Shown: piece by piece, positions 63,783-64,000 of the stretch | Layout: each line of letters opens with the position of its first letter | Numbering within the stretch: the first letter of the stretch is position 1 | IMG/VR virus record: IMGVR_UViG_3300025601_000016 | Span: 6,867 to 70,866 of that record | Length of the DNA stretch: 64,000 bases | Strand: one strand, 5' to 3' | Source: a virus | Notes under the pieces: model-generated | Told to the model about the DNA's origin: nothing | The model's input: only the letters and a program-made list of their open reading frames with translations | Databases searched by the model: none | Position numbers and translations under genes: made by a program

Positions 63783-63811
63783 GCTTAGCCCGCGCGCGGT
63801 GGTTTAGTCAA
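63783..63811 (-). promoter_or_regulatory. putative host housekeeping-sigma promoter
   Basis: TTGACT-N16-GCTAAGC, resembling alphaproteobacterial RpoD promoters. Confidence 0.45.
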
Positions 63812-63821
63812 TGGCGTCAGC

Positions 63822-64000
63822 TTATGATTCCCAAGACAAAAACAACGGCGAAACAAACTGCACTTTTTTGCCTGCGGCATCTGTAGCCGTTGTCAGGATT
63901 GCGCCTTGCACTTCTTGGCCAACCGAACCCGTCGCCGACGCTGTTATCGACGCGGCGGTCGACGACGAAAGCGACACGTTCGGCGAGGCGGGCGCCTGCG
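63822..64000 (-). CDS. 3' end of a second tail-fibre tip (paralog of the 3528-5504 C-terminus), truncated by window edge
   Basis: QAPASPNVSLSSSTAASITASATGSVGQEVQGAILTTATDAAGKKVQFVSPLFLSWES*. Confidence 0.85.
   Translation of the reverse strand, partial: QAPASPNVSLSSSTAASITASATGSVGQEVQGAILTTATDAAGKKVQFVSPLFLSWES

Noticed and set aside
1-64000. Stop-codon reassignment suggested by UUA in the odd tRNA loop
   Set aside because: Core genes are intact in the standard code and many end in TAA.

Overview
The window is most of the genome of an N4-like podophage (Schitoviridae-type), apparently circularly permuted. The + strand late arm (0.35-33.9 kb) runs terminase, head-tail protein, tail fibre/RBP, lysis genes, portal, capsid, virion proteins and a very large 4816-aa virion RNA polymerase (vRNAP). 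The - strand early/middle arm (61.6 to 33.9 kb) carries seven hairpin vRNAP promoters, a gp2-like activator, two-subunit RNAP II, a MoxR/vWA pair, Dda-like helicase, family A DNA polymerase, primase, SSB, RusA-like resolvase, DNA ligase and tRNA-Arg(TCT). The host is possibly alphaproteobacterial (weak inference). The most notable observations are: (1) a second, GC-richer, inverted copy of the tail-fibre C-terminal tip at the window edge, where each tip is followed by its own paralogous ~40-aa lipoprotein, suggesting paired receptor-binding and receptor-blocking cassettes; (2) a ~270-nt ORF-less early RNA with two H-type pseudoknots, its own vRNAP promoter and a terminator; (3) covarying GCA-triloop promoters whose central base differs from N4's; (4) a 'polyvalent' vRNAP with a duplicated zincin domain, a nucleotidyltransferase-like domain and other modules bounded by short direct repeats; (5) an atypical tRNA with an 8-nt anticodon loop, preceded by a CCA-ended mini-hairpin; (6) an Acb2/Tad1-like gene behind the capsid gene. 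All family assignments come from motif recognition and N4 synteny by eye; no searches were run.
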